NCBI GenBank assembly: GCA_963665125.2
Contig: CAXXUK010000001.1
Location: 1,632,001-1,696,000, forward strand
DNA: 64,000 nucleotides
Direction of reading: 5' to 3'
Source: an uncultured Desulfarculus sp.
GTDB taxonomy: Bacteria > Desulfobacterota > Desulfarculia > Desulfarculales > Desulfarculaceae
The notes under the pieces are model-generated. The model was given only the letters and a program-made list of their open reading frames with translations. It had not been told where the DNA came from and ran no database searches. Made by a program: the position numbers and the translations under genes. Within the stretch, counting starts at the first letter, position 1. Each line of letters begins with the position of its first letter. Positions 9,935-20,009 of the stretch are shown here, in pieces.

Positions 9935-10116
9935 CAGGGTGTTGAAAAATACGGTCCCCAGGCAGCGGCTCGATCCGTCCTGGAGCTTTTTGTGAAAAAT
10001 AAAACCTACCAAGCGTTCGTTCGCTTTTTAATTGTCCGCCGGCCAATTGTCTGCAATATTAGTGTTCACGTTTCAAAACAACAGCCCAGCGGCAAATACA
10101 AAAAAGGCAAGGCTTC

Positions 10117-12165
10117 ATGGACTTCTTCTTCAATCCCAAATCAGTGGCGATCATCGGGGCCAGCGAACGCGGCGTAGGAATCAACCTGGTTACCAACGCT
10201 CTTAGCTGCATGGATAGGGATGCCATTTATCCGGTTAACCCCAGATACGAAACAATCTGCGGCCTGAAGGCCTACCCAACCGTCGACGCCATTGAAGCCG
10301 ATGTCGACATGGCCATGGTCATGGTGCCCGCCCCGATTTTGCCCGAGGCCCTTGAGGCCTGCGCCCGCAAGGGCATTGGCGGCGTGATTATCCAAAGCGC
10401 CGGATTCGCCGAAACCGGCGAAGAAGGCCGCAAGTTGCAGGCCAGATGCGTCGAAATCGCCAGGGCAAACAATATGCGTCTATGGGGCCCGAACTGCATG
10501 GGCGTGGTCGACATACCCAACAAGCGGTTCTTCACCTTTATGGACCATAACATCAAGATCGACCTCAGCATGGCCGGCGGAGTTTCTTTGGTGGTTCAAA
10601 GCGGCATGCTCTCGGCCGGCTTCCTGGTGGACCAGACCCATCGCCGCCATATGGGCGTGAGCAAAGCCTGTTCCATTGGAAACAAATGCGATATTGATGA
10701 AAGCGATGTGCTGGAATACCTGTTGGCCGATCCGGACACCACCTCCGTGGGACTGTACCTGGAATCCATCGGCAACGGCAGACGCTTTCTCGATCTGATC
10801 TCGGGCGCCACCAAACCGGTGGTGGTGCTCAAGGCGGGGCGCAGCGTTTCCGGGGCCAAGGCCGCCATCAGCCATACCGCCAGCCTGGCCGGAAACGCCC
10901 GGCTCACCGACAGCCTGCTCAGGGAGGCCGGAGCGCTGTTGGCCAATGATTTCAACCATATGTTCGATATTGCAGACACGGCGGCAATGATACCGCAGGC
11001 TAAACCAAATGCCAGGATGGCGGTTACTACTTTCAGCGGCGGCGCGGGAATCCTTTCCTGCGATGTTTTGGAGGCCAACGGCTTGCAACTGGCCACGCTC
11101 TCGCCCGAGACCATCGCGGAAATGGAAAAAATCTATCCTCCGTGGATGCCGCCGGCCAACCCCATGGACCTGTACCCGGCCATGGAAAAAGTCGGTTTCG
11201 CCCAGGGCCTGAACTATGCCATGCATGCAGCCATCGCCGACCCCAATGTCGATGGCGTGTTGGCCCATTCGATTTCGTTATGGGAAGAAATGGGGCTTGA
11301 ATTCGCCGAAGTCCAGGCAAAGGCAAAGGCCGCCGGAAAGTTCATGGCCGTGTGGTGTTTCGGCATGCCCGATTCGTACTGCCGAGTAAAAAAATACCTC
11401 AACTCGCTGGGCATCCCCGTATTCGACGAACTTTCCCGCTTGAGCGCCTGCGTGGCTGAGGCGGCCAAGTTCAATCCCCAGGCCGCGGAAAAAGTACCGC
11501 CCGTTGCGACAGCCTCCACCCCCGCCGGGCCTGTTGGAACCCTGGACGAAATCGCGTCCAAGGAGCTTTTGGCCCAAGCGGGCATACCGGTGGTGGCCGA
11601 TCACCTGGCCGACACGGTTGACCAGGCGGCGCGTATGGCCTCCGACATAGGTTATCCCGTGGTGCTCAAGGGCATCTTGCCCGATGTGGTCCACAAGACG
11701 GAACTGGGGCTGGTCCAGCCCAACGTGGCCAATGAACAGGATCTGCGGCGGCTGGCCGAAGACATGCAAAAACGCATGGACGGCAAGGGCAAGCTGCTGG
11801 TCCAGCAGCGCGTTTCGGCTGATTACGAGCTTATGGCGGGCCTGGTGCGCGACGACCAATACGGACCGTGCGTGATGCTGGGCATGGGCGGCCAACTGGC
11901 CGAGTTGCGGCCGGACATCACCTTTGCCCTGGCGCCCTTGAGCACGAATCGGGCCCTGGCCATGCTGGAGCGACTTGAGAGCCGCAAGCTGTTTGACGGC
12001 TTCCGCAAAATGCCGTCCCTGGACCGCCGGGCCATGGCCGATCTGCTGGTCAAACTGGCCGCTATTGGCGCCGAAAGGCCGGACATCAGCCAGATCGACA
12101 TCAATCCGGTGCTTATTTCGGGGGGCAAGCCGGTGGCCGTCGACGCCAGCGTTATCATGGGATGA
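10117..12165 (+). CDS. ADP-forming acyl-CoA synthetase (fused alpha-beta)
   Basis: PKSVAIIGAS, GPNCMG, SHTASLAG phospho-His, C-terminal ATP-grasp (HKTELG, DINP). Confidence 0.92.
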   Translation: MDFFFNPKSVAIIGASERGVGINLVTNALSCMDRDAIYPVNPRYETICGLKAYPTVDAIEADVDMAMVMVPAPILPEALEACARKGIGGVIIQSAGFAETGEEGRKLQARCVEIARANNMRLWGPNCMGVVDIPNKRFFTFMDHNIKIDLSMAGGVSLVVQSGMLSAGFLVDQTHRRHMGVSKACSIGNKCDIDESDVLEYLLADPDTTSVGLYLESIGNGRRFLDLISGATKPVVVLKAGRSVSGAKAAISHTASLAGNARLTDSLLREAGALLANDFNHMFDIADTAAMIPQAKPNARMAVTTFSGGAGILSCDVLEANGLQLATLSPETIAEMEKIYPPWMPPANPMDLYPAMEKVGFAQGLNYAMHAAIADPNVDGVLAHSISLWEEMGLEFAEVQAKAKAAGKFMAVWCFGMPDSYCRVKKYLNSLGIPVFDELSRLSACVAEAAKFNPQAAEKVPPVATASTPAGPVGTLDEIASKELLAQAGIPVVADHLADTVDQAARMASDIGYPVVLKGILPDVVHKTELGLVQPNVANEQDLRRLAEDMQKRMDGKGKLLVQQRVSADYELMAGLVRDDQYGPCVMLGMGGQLAELRPDITFALAPLSTNRALAMLERLESRKLFDGFRKMPSLDRRAMADLLVKLAAIGAERPDISQIDINPVLISGGKPVAVDASVIMG

Positions 12166-12171
12166 CGGGTT

Positions 12172-13680
12172 CTATCTGATCCAGCCCCGGGATTTTTCAA
12201 CAGCCCGCAGCCAGCCGTTCACCGCCTGGTTGCGGGTTTGTTCGTTCATATTCGGCGTCCAGGTCTTTTCCAGGGACACCAGGCCGCAGACCGCTTCCTT
12301 GTCCGGCCAAAAGCCCACGGCCAATCCGGCGGCAAAGGCGGCGCCCAGCACCGTGGTCTCCTTGATCACCGGCTTGCTCACCGGCAGGCTCAGCAAATCG
12401 CTTTGAAACTGCATCAGCAGGTCGTTTTCAACCATGCCGCCGTCTACCTTGAGTTCGGCCAAAGGCTTGCCAGCGTCCTCGGCCATGGCCCGCATGACTT
12501 CCCAGGTCTGGAAGGCCACCGCCTCCAGGGCCGCCCTGGCGATGTGCCCCCGGTTGACATAATGGGTCAGGCCGATCATCAGGCCCCTGGCGGTGTTGTC
12601 CCAATGGGGTGCGAAAAGCCCGGAAAAGGCCGGCACAAAATACACCCCGCCGTTGTCTTTTACCGTGCGGGCCAGTTCCTCGACCTCCGGGGCATTGTTG
12701 AAAAACATCAGGTTGTCCCGCAGCCACTGGATCAGGGAACCGGCCACGGCTATGGAGCCTTCCAGGGCGTAATGCACGCCGTGCACGGGGTCGCTGTAGG
12801 CTACGGTGGTGAGCATGCCGTGTTTTGAGTGAACCAGGTCCTTGCCCGTGTTCATCAGCAAAAAGCAGCCCGTGCCATATGTGTTTTTGGCCTGGCCCGG
12901 CTCAAAGCAGCACTGGCCGCACAGGGCCGCCTGCTGGTCGCCCAGGATGCCGGATATGGGCGTATCCGCACCAAGGGGGCCCGCCGGGTCGCAATGGCAA
13001 TAGACCTCGCTGGAACTGCGGATCTCCGGCAGCCACGCGGCATCGATGCCGAACACATCGAGCATGCCTTGGTCCCACTTGGTCGCCGCGATATCCATTA
13101 GCAGGGTCCGGCTGGCGTTGGTGGCGTCGGTCACGTGGGCTCCGCCCTTGGGCCCGCCCGACAGCCGCCAGATCAGCCAGGTGTCTATGGTGCCGAACAT
13201 GAGCCTGCCGTCTTTGGCCGCCTGTCGCACATCGGCGACGTTGTCGAGCATCCATTTCATCTTGGTGCCGGAGAAATAAGTGGAAACAGGCAGGCCGCAC
13301 TTGTCCCAAAACAGTTCGCCGCCGTGCTTTGCCTTGAGGGCGTCGCTGATGGCCGCGGTGCGGGTGTCCTGCCAAACAATGGCGTTGCAATAGGCCTTGC
13401 CGGTTTTCGGGTCCCAGGCCACCGTGGTCTCGCGCTGGTTGGTTACGCCTATGGCCGCCAGGTCGCCGCCGCTGATGCCCGCCTGTTCCAGGGCCTGCCG
13501 GATGACCTGACCGGTGTTGATGATGATTTCCTCGGGATCGTGTTCCACCCAGCCTGGATTTGGGAATATCTGTTTGTGCTCCTTTTGGGCGCTGGCCACA
13601 ACCCGGCAAGCGCGGTCGAAAACAACAAAGCGCGAACTCGTGGTTCCCTGATCAATGGCTCCAATATAATCCCTGCTCAT
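12172..13680 (-). CDS. glpK: Glycerol kinase
   Basis: DQGTTSSR, GWVEHDP, TNQRETT, GDQQAAL, KNTYGTGCF. Confidence 0.97.
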   Translation of the reverse strand: MSRDYIGAIDQGTTSSRFVVFDRACRVVASAQKEHKQIFPNPGWVEHDPEEIIINTGQVIRQALEQAGISGGDLAAIGVTNQRETTVAWDPKTGKAYCNAIVWQDTRTAAISDALKAKHGGELFWDKCGLPVSTYFSGTKMKWMLDNVADVRQAAKDGRLMFGTIDTWLIWRLSGGPKGGAHVTDATNASRTLLMDIAATKWDQGMLDVFGIDAAWLPEIRSSSEVYCHCDPAGPLGADTPISGILGDQQAALCGQCCFEPGQAKNTYGTGCFLLMNTGKDLVHSKHGMLTTVAYSDPVHGVHYALEGSIAVAGSLIQWLRDNLMFFNNAPEVEELARTVKDNGGVYFVPAFSGLFAPHWDNTARGLMIGLTHYVNRGHIARAALEAVAFQTWEVMRAMAEDAGKPLAELKVDGGMVENDLLMQFQSDLLSLPVSKPVIKETTVLGAAFAAGLAVGFWPDKEAVCGLVSLEKTWTPNMNEQTRNQAVNGWLRAVEKSRGWIR

Positions 13681-13913
13681 CAAAAAAACTCCAGCGTGGC
13701 GAATTGGCGATCATCAAATGCTCGGCTCGCGGACCGTTTTTTATTTAACAGTGTATACCGAAGCCCCTCCGTTTGCCCAGAGGCTCGTGGGGCGATAATC
13801 AGCAAAATCAGCCAAGGGCTGTCCTGGCCCAATCCACGCAACCGATGCCCAAAAAGAAGCCGCCGGTTCGAGGGAAACCGGCGGCGTCGCGGGCGCGGCG
13901 GTATGGGGGTTGC

Positions 13914-14486
13914 TTACATTGCGGGCGTGCCGAATTGCTTCCGATCCCGCAATTCCTTGAGTACGGAAATCGACGTCTTGTAGGCATGGGTGATCCTGAG
14001 GTTTTCGATAGCCAAGGTGATGATGTCGGCGATGGCCTGCATGAAGGTGATATCCTCCATGGTGAACTCCCACGGCTCGGTGGTGTAAACACGCAGAACA
14101 CCCAGAGGCCGCCCGCGCAGGACCAAGGGCAGGCTAAGGATTGAGGCGATGCCTTCAGCCATGGCCTCTTCGGGGTATTGCAGCCGGGGATCATCCTGGA
14201 CATTGTAAATGGCCACCGGTCCATCGGTTAGGGTCGCGGCGATGGACTTCGAGGCGCTGATCGGGCCCTTGCTGAGGTATTTTTGACTCAGGCCGGCACT
14301 GGAGGCCAGCTCCAACTCGCCGGTCTTGCGGTTGAGCACCATGATAGCGGCTCCCTTGAGCCTTAGGATCTGAGTCAACTGGGCCACGATGTGATGGCAT
14401 ATGTCCGCCATATCCATGGTCGAGCTTACGATCTCGCTGATCTTGCCCATGGTCTTGTAATTCATGTGTTTTACTGCCATGGTCAT
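13914..14486 (-). CDS. Stand-alone GAF domain protein
   Basis: AS.GLS..YL.KGP, DPRLQY, EGIASILSLPL..GVLRVY, AIEN. Confidence 0.88.
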   Translation of the reverse strand: MTMAVKHMNYKTMGKISEIVSSTMDMADICHHIVAQLTQILRLKGAAIMVLNRKTGELELASSAGLSQKYLSKGPISASKSIAATLTDGPVAIYNVQDDPRLQYPEEAMAEGIASILSLPLVLRGRPLGVLRVYTTEPWEFTMEDITFMQAIADIITLAIENLRITHAYKTSISVLKELRDRKQFGTPAM

Positions 14487-14793
14487 ACAAATCCTCCTTG
14501 TGTTTGACTCCCATACCGGCGCCCGACGGATGCTGCGCTATTGGCCGCTTTTGGCGGACGCCAAATTCACGACACCGGACTATGCATCATGAGGTGATGA
14601 AAAGGAGGAGAGATTGGCGGGCCTTTTTTCGGAGGCCCGCCACGGCACCTGAAACCGGATCAAAAGATACCCGCTCAAGTTACAGGAAGCGACACCAGTG
14701 GATTTTCCGGCGTCATACCTCTTGTTATTATTGTCCCAGAACCGGGAGCGTTGCGTCAATTAATAGTTGTAAACGCCGCTTGCGCCCATCGAA

Positions 14794-14988
14794 CTATTGG
14801 TTGTTTTTGGAGGCTGTTTGTTTGGGTTCAAACAGCAGACATGGTTCACCCGAAGATCTGAGCACCACCCGCCAGGGAATCTGGGATGACTTGAAACCCA
14901 TAGCCTTGCAGGCGTAGGGCCTTGATTCATCCCAGGTAATTTGTAGAAACCGGCATTTGAAACAATCCGGCCGGTCTTGATCAGGCAT
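14794..14988 (-). CDS. Small conserved Cys-rich protein
   Basis: CFKCRFLQITWD..PYACKAMGFKS..P..V..SSG.PC..F pattern. Confidence 0.7.
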   Translation of the reverse strand: MPDQDRPDCFKCRFLQITWDESRPYACKAMGFKSSQIPWRVVLRSSGEPCLLFEPKQTASKNNQ

Positions 14989-15032
14989 AACAACAACCAC
15001 CAACGGTTTGCTAAATCCGGGCTCCCGGTTTG

Positions 15033-16415
15033 CTATTCATCAGAGTCGGCATCAACGGCGCCGGCGGAACGGTCGACGTCCAAAATCCTTGATTTGCCAA
15101 CATACTGCTTGGTGTGATATTCGGCAAGCCTGTTGAGGTTATAGGTTATCTGGCTCATGCGCTTGATCTGGGCCAAGATAGACTCGACCCTGCGTGCCGT
15201 TTCGGTGTTGGGCTCCAGATCATCAAGCACCAACTCGGACTGAATCAACGCCGACTGCAATGGCTGGTTGAGTTCATGACAAGCCGCCCCGGCGGTTTCT
15301 ATGGCCGCCCGGAGCTTTTGTTTGTCCAATCTCTCCTGCTCGGCCTTTTGGGACTCGGTGAAATCATGAAACACATACACCGCTCCCTCGCCAGTCGTAT
15401 CGTTGCCCGGCATATGCGCCGCACTCAGCTTGATGAAAAGGTCAACGCCGTCATCCCGTCGGACCGTTATCGTCCTGCTGATATGATCAGTATAATCCCC
15501 GCCTTTTTCGCCGACTAATTCCGGCAAATCATCAATGGGCATTTTTTTGCCCAGCATATCATCGGGCCGCCAACCAAATAAGAATTCAATGGCCGGATTC
15601 GCGTAGCTGACCAACCCCTTTGAATCAAGCATAACGATGGGGTCTGGCGAAGCGGCCAAAAGCCTTTCGTTTCGCTCGCGGCTGATCACCAGGGCATTTT
15701 CGGCGGCAATGCGCTCCTCTATTTCCCGCTGAAGACCGACATTGGCTTTTTCAAGATCCGCGCGAAGTTTTTTGGAACGTCCCAGCCCCACCTCCAGGCC
15801 CTTCATCAACAGGGCGATGGAAATCAGGGACAGGGCATTTATGGCTATGAATGTCGAAGTGGCGATATCCCACATCGATGCATGGCTTATTTGCTGGTAC
15901 AGAACTTTCCATTCCTCGCCCTTGCCCGGCAGTAACGTAGGATACGAAACCATGGTCAACACATTGATCACCAAGGCCAAAAAGCCGAAACGCATGCCCA
16001 GGAACAACGCGCTTAACAGGGAAAACAGCAAAAGCCAGATGCGCCCGCTGCCATATAGCCCGACGATATTGAGCGTATAGACGCCGATGCAGTAAACAAA
16101 CAACAGGCCCAGGACAGCCCTGAGTTTGTAGGGAATGCGCCAGACAAAAGTAACGCACAGGGTGCCAAGGTAGCCCGCGGTGTACAACACCGCCACATCC
16201 AAATGCTGCTTTTCAATGGATTTGAGCAGGGTGGGGAAATAAGTCAAGGAGCCGAGCACCGCGGCGGCCAGAAACACCGCGAAAAAAACTTGCTCACGCC
16301 AATACCAAACGTTTTCGCCGGGCTCGGGCGAACCATCGGTACTGCGCGACAGGGCCAACCCATTGATTATGGAAAGCACCTTGCCCCAAGCATCGTTAGA
16401 TGAAATACCAGCCAT
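15033..16415 (-). CDS. Membrane PAS sensor with HisKA-like domain but no HATPase
   Basis: ~6 TM, coiled coil, PAS, CHELNQPL H-box, ends ~70 aa later. Confidence 0.85.
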   Translation of the reverse strand: MAGISSNDAWGKVLSIINGLALSRSTDGSPEPGENVWYWREQVFFAVFLAAAVLGSLTYFPTLLKSIEKQHLDVAVLYTAGYLGTLCVTFVWRIPYKLRAVLGLLFVYCIGVYTLNIVGLYGSGRIWLLLFSLLSALFLGMRFGFLALVINVLTMVSYPTLLPGKGEEWKVLYQQISHASMWDIATSTFIAINALSLISIALLMKGLEVGLGRSKKLRADLEKANVGLQREIEERIAAENALVISRERNERLLAASPDPIVMLDSKGLVSYANPAIEFLFGWRPDDMLGKKMPIDDLPELVGEKGGDYTDHISRTITVRRDDGVDLFIKLSAAHMPGNDTTGEGAVYVFHDFTESQKAEQERLDKQKLRAAIETAGAACHELNQPLQSALIQSELVLDDLEPNTETARRVESILAQIKRMSQITYNLNRLAEYHTKQYVGKSRILDVDRSAGAVDADSDE

Positions 16416-16704
16416 CAGTCCGCCTCTGGCTGCTCATCGCCGCCACGGCCATACCGCCGCAGCATAAACAAGCTTCAACAAAAAACGTTTTCAGCCCAAA
16501 ACAAATCGGCGTCAATCCGCCGCATCCAAAACAACCAAATACTTTCGGGAAAACCAGAGGCCACAAAAGGGGCAGGCAAACAGGTAATCTTCGTATGCAC
16601 TACCGTATCATTGGCCATTATCCATCACAAGCGGAATAAAGCGCAACACACCGACGCTGACCGCAGCCTGTTGGGTCGCCGTCGAAGATGCATTGATTGT
16701 CTTT

Positions 16705-17151
16705 TTATTGAACTGGAGGTTCGGCTATGTTGAGCCAAAAATGCAAGGTCTTTCTGCACAGGTCTTCAAATTCATACGCAGACGCTGGTTTGCATATCAC
16801 GCAATTTGCGCCGAGTTTGTATGCGCGCTGGATTGTCGACGGGCTTTGGACTGTGGTGAATACAATCAAAGGGGTAAGGGAATTCGCATCCGACTGCCTT
16901 ATCTGAGCCAGCAAGTCGAGAGCATCGGGGTCGGTGCGGTCACAGAAAAGCAGAATCAGGTCTGGCAAGGGCCAATCCGCGTATGGCCCTTTTTGCATCA
17001 GCGCCTGCATGGCGGAGTGACAGGATGAGATCGGCAACAGTCTGGCGTTAAGATCCATGCCGCCCAAGATATGGCTGATGACGCCGTCCTCGCCTGAGCG
17101 CGCGCCCACAATCAAAATACTTGGCGGCTTACTTTCCACAGGGTCCCACAC
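16705..17151 (-). CDS. Degenerate single-domain response regulator (Rcp1-like)
   Basis: PDLILL, PLIVFTT, AYKLGANCVICKP; phosphoacceptor Asp replaced by Phe. Confidence 0.8.
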   Translation of the reverse strand: MWDPVESKPPSILIVGARSGEDGVISHILGGMDLNARLLPISSCHSAMQALMQKGPYADWPLPDLILLFCDRTDPDALDLLAQIRQSDANSLTPLIVFTTVQSPSTIQRAYKLGANCVICKPASAYEFEDLCRKTLHFWLNIAEPPVQ

Positions 17152-17232
17152 GCCTGCTCTCCCGCGAAAACATCCAAAAGATATTTACATATACCACAAA
17201 TCCCCTATTGGTCTCATGAAATTAAAGTCGTG

Positions 17233-18357
17233 TTATCCCACGATGAAATAGCGGTCGTCGGCCTTGCGCACCCTGTAGTCCCTCATCCCCGTGGTCTGGC
17301 GGCAGGCGTTGTTGATTACCCGCTGGAGTTGGTCATTTGAGCCGAAGAAACGGACAATGATTCTTGCCGCATCGTTTTCCCATTTGATCAACACCGCGTC
17401 GACAATGCCGGGCTGGCTGCGGATCTCATTCACAAACTCAATGGTTTTCTCATTGCTTATGTTACCGATTCGCATTTGATAAGGCACACCGGCGGTAAGT
17501 TGTTTGGCCCACCAGGCCCGCAGGGCCGGCTCCATTTTCGACGCCACCGCATTGCCGGCCTGCAAGGCAGCTATCTGTTCGGCCTCGAATCTTTCACTGT
17601 GTACGGCGCGTCCCTGGGCCTTTTGGACCGAAATCAAGTTGCCCTGCATGGTGTCGAAGGCCAGGGCTTCAAAGACAACCGAAGCGTTTTCCGAAGCACC
17701 GTCGAACTGGCTGCGGGAGTTGACCGTATGGGCGTAAATAACCATGTCGGCCCGTTGGTTCACCGCGGCGTGCAAGGTTTTTTGCTCGGCGAGATTATGG
17801 GACAGTTCAGCCTCGATCTCCAAAATACCGGAGCGGTCCAGAAGTTCGCAGCCTGCCTGGAGCAGCTGTTGTTTCAAGGCGTCCATGGCAAGCTGGGTCA
17901 CCATGGGCGCATCGGGTTTGGCCACAACAGCTATCCTGGGGACTCCGGAGAGCTCGGTAAACAAGCGGATCGGCGTCAATTCCGGGCTGGGCACGACCTC
18001 GACTTCCAACCGCACAAGCATCATGTTGTCCTGGAGTTTGTATTCAAGCATACGGTAGGTTTTTATGCCGCCCCTGCTGCATGTCCTCAAGGTGCTTTGG
18101 TCCAGCAATTCATTGCGCAATACGGCCTCGCTCTGAAGCTCCAGGCCCAGGACCTGCTCTATGGCCGTGCGCAGGGCATCGGTTTTGGCCCTCATTATGG
18201 CGCCGCCAAAGTCCTTGCCCTCCACCGTCGATCTGCCGGTTACGATGATTTTCTGAGTTTCCGCCGGGGGCTGGTTTTGTTCCTGGGCCACGGCCACGCA
18301 GGCCAGGCTCATCAAAACCGCCGCCGCCGTTATCAATGCCAAAACACGTTTATTCAT
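17233..18357 (-). CDS. Periplasmic FlgT-N-like protein
   Basis: Signal peptide; A..DALRTAIEQVLG.EL.SE..L pattern of FlgT N-terminal-like domains. Confidence 0.6.
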   Translation of the reverse strand: MNKRVLALITAAAVLMSLACVAVAQEQNQPPAETQKIIVTGRSTVEGKDFGGAIMRAKTDALRTAIEQVLGLELQSEAVLRNELLDQSTLRTCSRGGIKTYRMLEYKLQDNMMLVRLEVEVVPSPELTPIRLFTELSGVPRIAVVAKPDAPMVTQLAMDALKQQLLQAGCELLDRSGILEIEAELSHNLAEQKTLHAAVNQRADMVIYAHTVNSRSQFDGASENASVVFEALAFDTMQGNLISVQKAQGRAVHSERFEAEQIAALQAGNAVASKMEPALRAWWAKQLTAGVPYQMRIGNISNEKTIEFVNEIRSQPGIVDAVLIKWENDAARIIVRFFGSNDQLQRVINNACRQTTGMRDYRVRKADDRYFIVG

Positions 18358-19007
18358 CTATCAGACTCCGCGTTGGGGGCTGTCTTTGCCTTGATTACAT
18401 CCAGGGCCGACATTGCTTCCTTGTCGCCGGGATTTTGCTCCAGCAGAACGCGCACCTGGGCCAGGGCGTCTTCGGTGCGTCCCATTTCATAGTATAACCA
18501 GGCCAGGTTCAGGCGCAGGCCTCTTATAGCAGGCTTTTGATCCAGGGCCTGACGCCAAAGCTCGGCCGCCTGGGCCTGTCTGCCCTGATCATAAGCCTGC
18601 CGGCCCTGTTCGTAAAGCTGCTGTACATCCTTTACCGGTTGCGGCGGTGTTACTTTTTGGCCAAAGGGCCCGATCAACACCAAGCCCAGCCCGAGCACAA
18701 ACACCAGTCCGGCGATACGTCCAAGGGCCGTCACACGCGCCTTGGGGTCATTGGCCGCCAGGCCGATGGTCTTGACCTGGGGTATGGCGGCCAGGTTGAC
18801 CAGACCGGCCGGCGCGGCGTTCAGGAGCAACGGGCCCTTGCCTTTGCGCTTGTAGGCGCCCAGTTCGTCCAGGCCCATTGATTCCACCCTGGCATCTCGG
18901 TCCAGACGGACCTCAGCCGTGATCGGTCCGTTGCCGTGGTCCAGGCCTCTTTCGGCCCGCTTGATCCGCTGCCACAGCTCAGGGCTTATGATCGTCGTCT
19001 CGTTCAC
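18354..19007 (-). CDS. Single-TM TPR protein with small N-terminal domain
   Basis: GTG overlaps upstream stop; TM IAGLVFVLGLGLVLIG; two TPRs. Confidence 0.75.
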   Translation of the reverse strand: MNETTIISPELWQRIKRAERGLDHGNGPITAEVRLDRDARVESMGLDELGAYKRKGKGPLLLNAAPAGLVNLAAIPQVKTIGLAANDPKARVTALGRIAGLVFVLGLGLVLIGPFGQKVTPPQPVKDVQQLYEQGRQAYDQGRQAQAAELWRQALDQKPAIRGLRLNLAWLYYEMGRTEDALAQVRVLLEQNPGDKEAMSALDVIKAKTAPNAESDR

Positions 19008-20008
19008 TTGAGCACTATCGCCACGGCGCACTTGGCCAAAAAGCCTCCGCTCAGGTCGGCGGCCAAGAGTTTGACGGCCTGCTTATGTCCAAGCACCAGG
19101 TTGGCCTTCCCCGGTCCCAGCACCGACTCGGCCTTGAGCACCAGGGGGTTATCGCCCACCCGGGCCAAAGTCCGGGCCTTTGCCAGGCTGGTGGCGTAGC
19201 CGACCACACCACGCTCCACGGCATAGGTCTTGTCAACCTGGGCCGGGCCATAGAGCTCCTTGCCGCTGGTCTGGTCCAAGATCCTGGGGAACAGCGCCGG
19301 ACGGGCGTCAAGGCCCTCGGCAATGATGATCAGGCCGGTATATTCCCGCATCGCAGCCGGAGTTGGCTTGGGAGTGGCCGTGGGCTTTGGTGTGGGTGTG
19401 GGTGTCGGGGCAATCACGGTGGGCTTGGGCGTTGGCGTCGGCGTCGGCTGCTTGGTCGGCTTGGCCACCACGGTGGGCTTGACGACCTCCGTCTTGACTT
19501 GCTTGTTGAACCAGGGGGCCATGGCCGCGCTGAGGCCCTTGCGGCTGTTCAGGGGCAATTCAAGGCTCACGCTGGCCATGACCGAGCCATCCTCCCGGCG
19601 ATCCACCCGTTCCTCGACTACCCTGGCCCCGCGGACCATACCGGCCAGGCGGGTCCTCAAGGTGGAGTCATCGAGCATCTCGCGCTTGATGGTGGTCCGG
19701 CTGTCCACATCCAGGCCCTGGATCAGCTCCAAAAGCTTTTCATAGGCCAGATAGCGGGCCGCCTTGAGGGCCATGGTCTCGGCATGGGCCACGCTGACGG
19801 CCTTTTGGGGGTCGGCGCCTGCCTGGGCCGTAACCTGGACAAAGCCGTCTTCCCATTGCACCCTGCTCTGCCAGGAACCATGATCCATTTTTTGATCCAG
19901 GATTGTATCAGGGTCCTGGCCGGCCAGGGCAACACCGGCGGTGGTAAACAGCGCCAGTGAAGCCAGGGCGATCATTATTAATCTCATGCTTCTCATGATC
20001 CGCTCCAT
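19004..20008 (-). CDS. Exported LPP20-like protein with Pro/Thr linker
   Basis: Signal peptide; A.KAA...AYEKLLELIQGL.VDSRTT; PTPTP linker; YTGLII.A.GL C-terminal domain. Confidence 0.7.
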   Translation of the reverse strand: MERIMRSMRLIMIALASLALFTTAGVALAGQDPDTILDQKMDHGSWQSRVQWEDGFVQVTAQAGADPQKAVSVAHAETMALKAARYLAYEKLLELIQGLDVDSRTTIKREMLDDSTLRTRLAGMVRGARVVEERVDRREDGSVMASVSLELPLNSRKGLSAAMAPWFNKQVKTEVVKPTVVAKPTKQPTPTPTPKPTVIAPTPTPTPKPTATPKPTPAAMREYTGLIIIAEGLDARPALFPRILDQTSGKELYGPAQVDKTYAVERGVVGYATSLAKARTLARVGDNPLVLKAESVLGPGKANLVLGHKQAVKLLAADLSGGFLAKCAVAIVLK

Positions 20009-20009
20009 G

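Noticed and set aside
9931..9949. ctagcagggtgttgaaaaa, like an IS5/IS1182-type or MITE end
   Set aside because: No matching inverted end nearby and no transposase; the similar string near 12192 is glpK coding sequence.
8702..10012. Long antisense or alternate-frame ORFs (also 1275-2447, 35646-36947, 38249-39382, 43943-45292)
   Set aside because: Shadow ORFs of GC-rich genes with no recognisable motifs.
19360..19490. Pro/Thr repeats here and at ~32280-32380 as kinase/FHA targets
   Set aside because: Both are in exported proteins, so they are more likely linkers.
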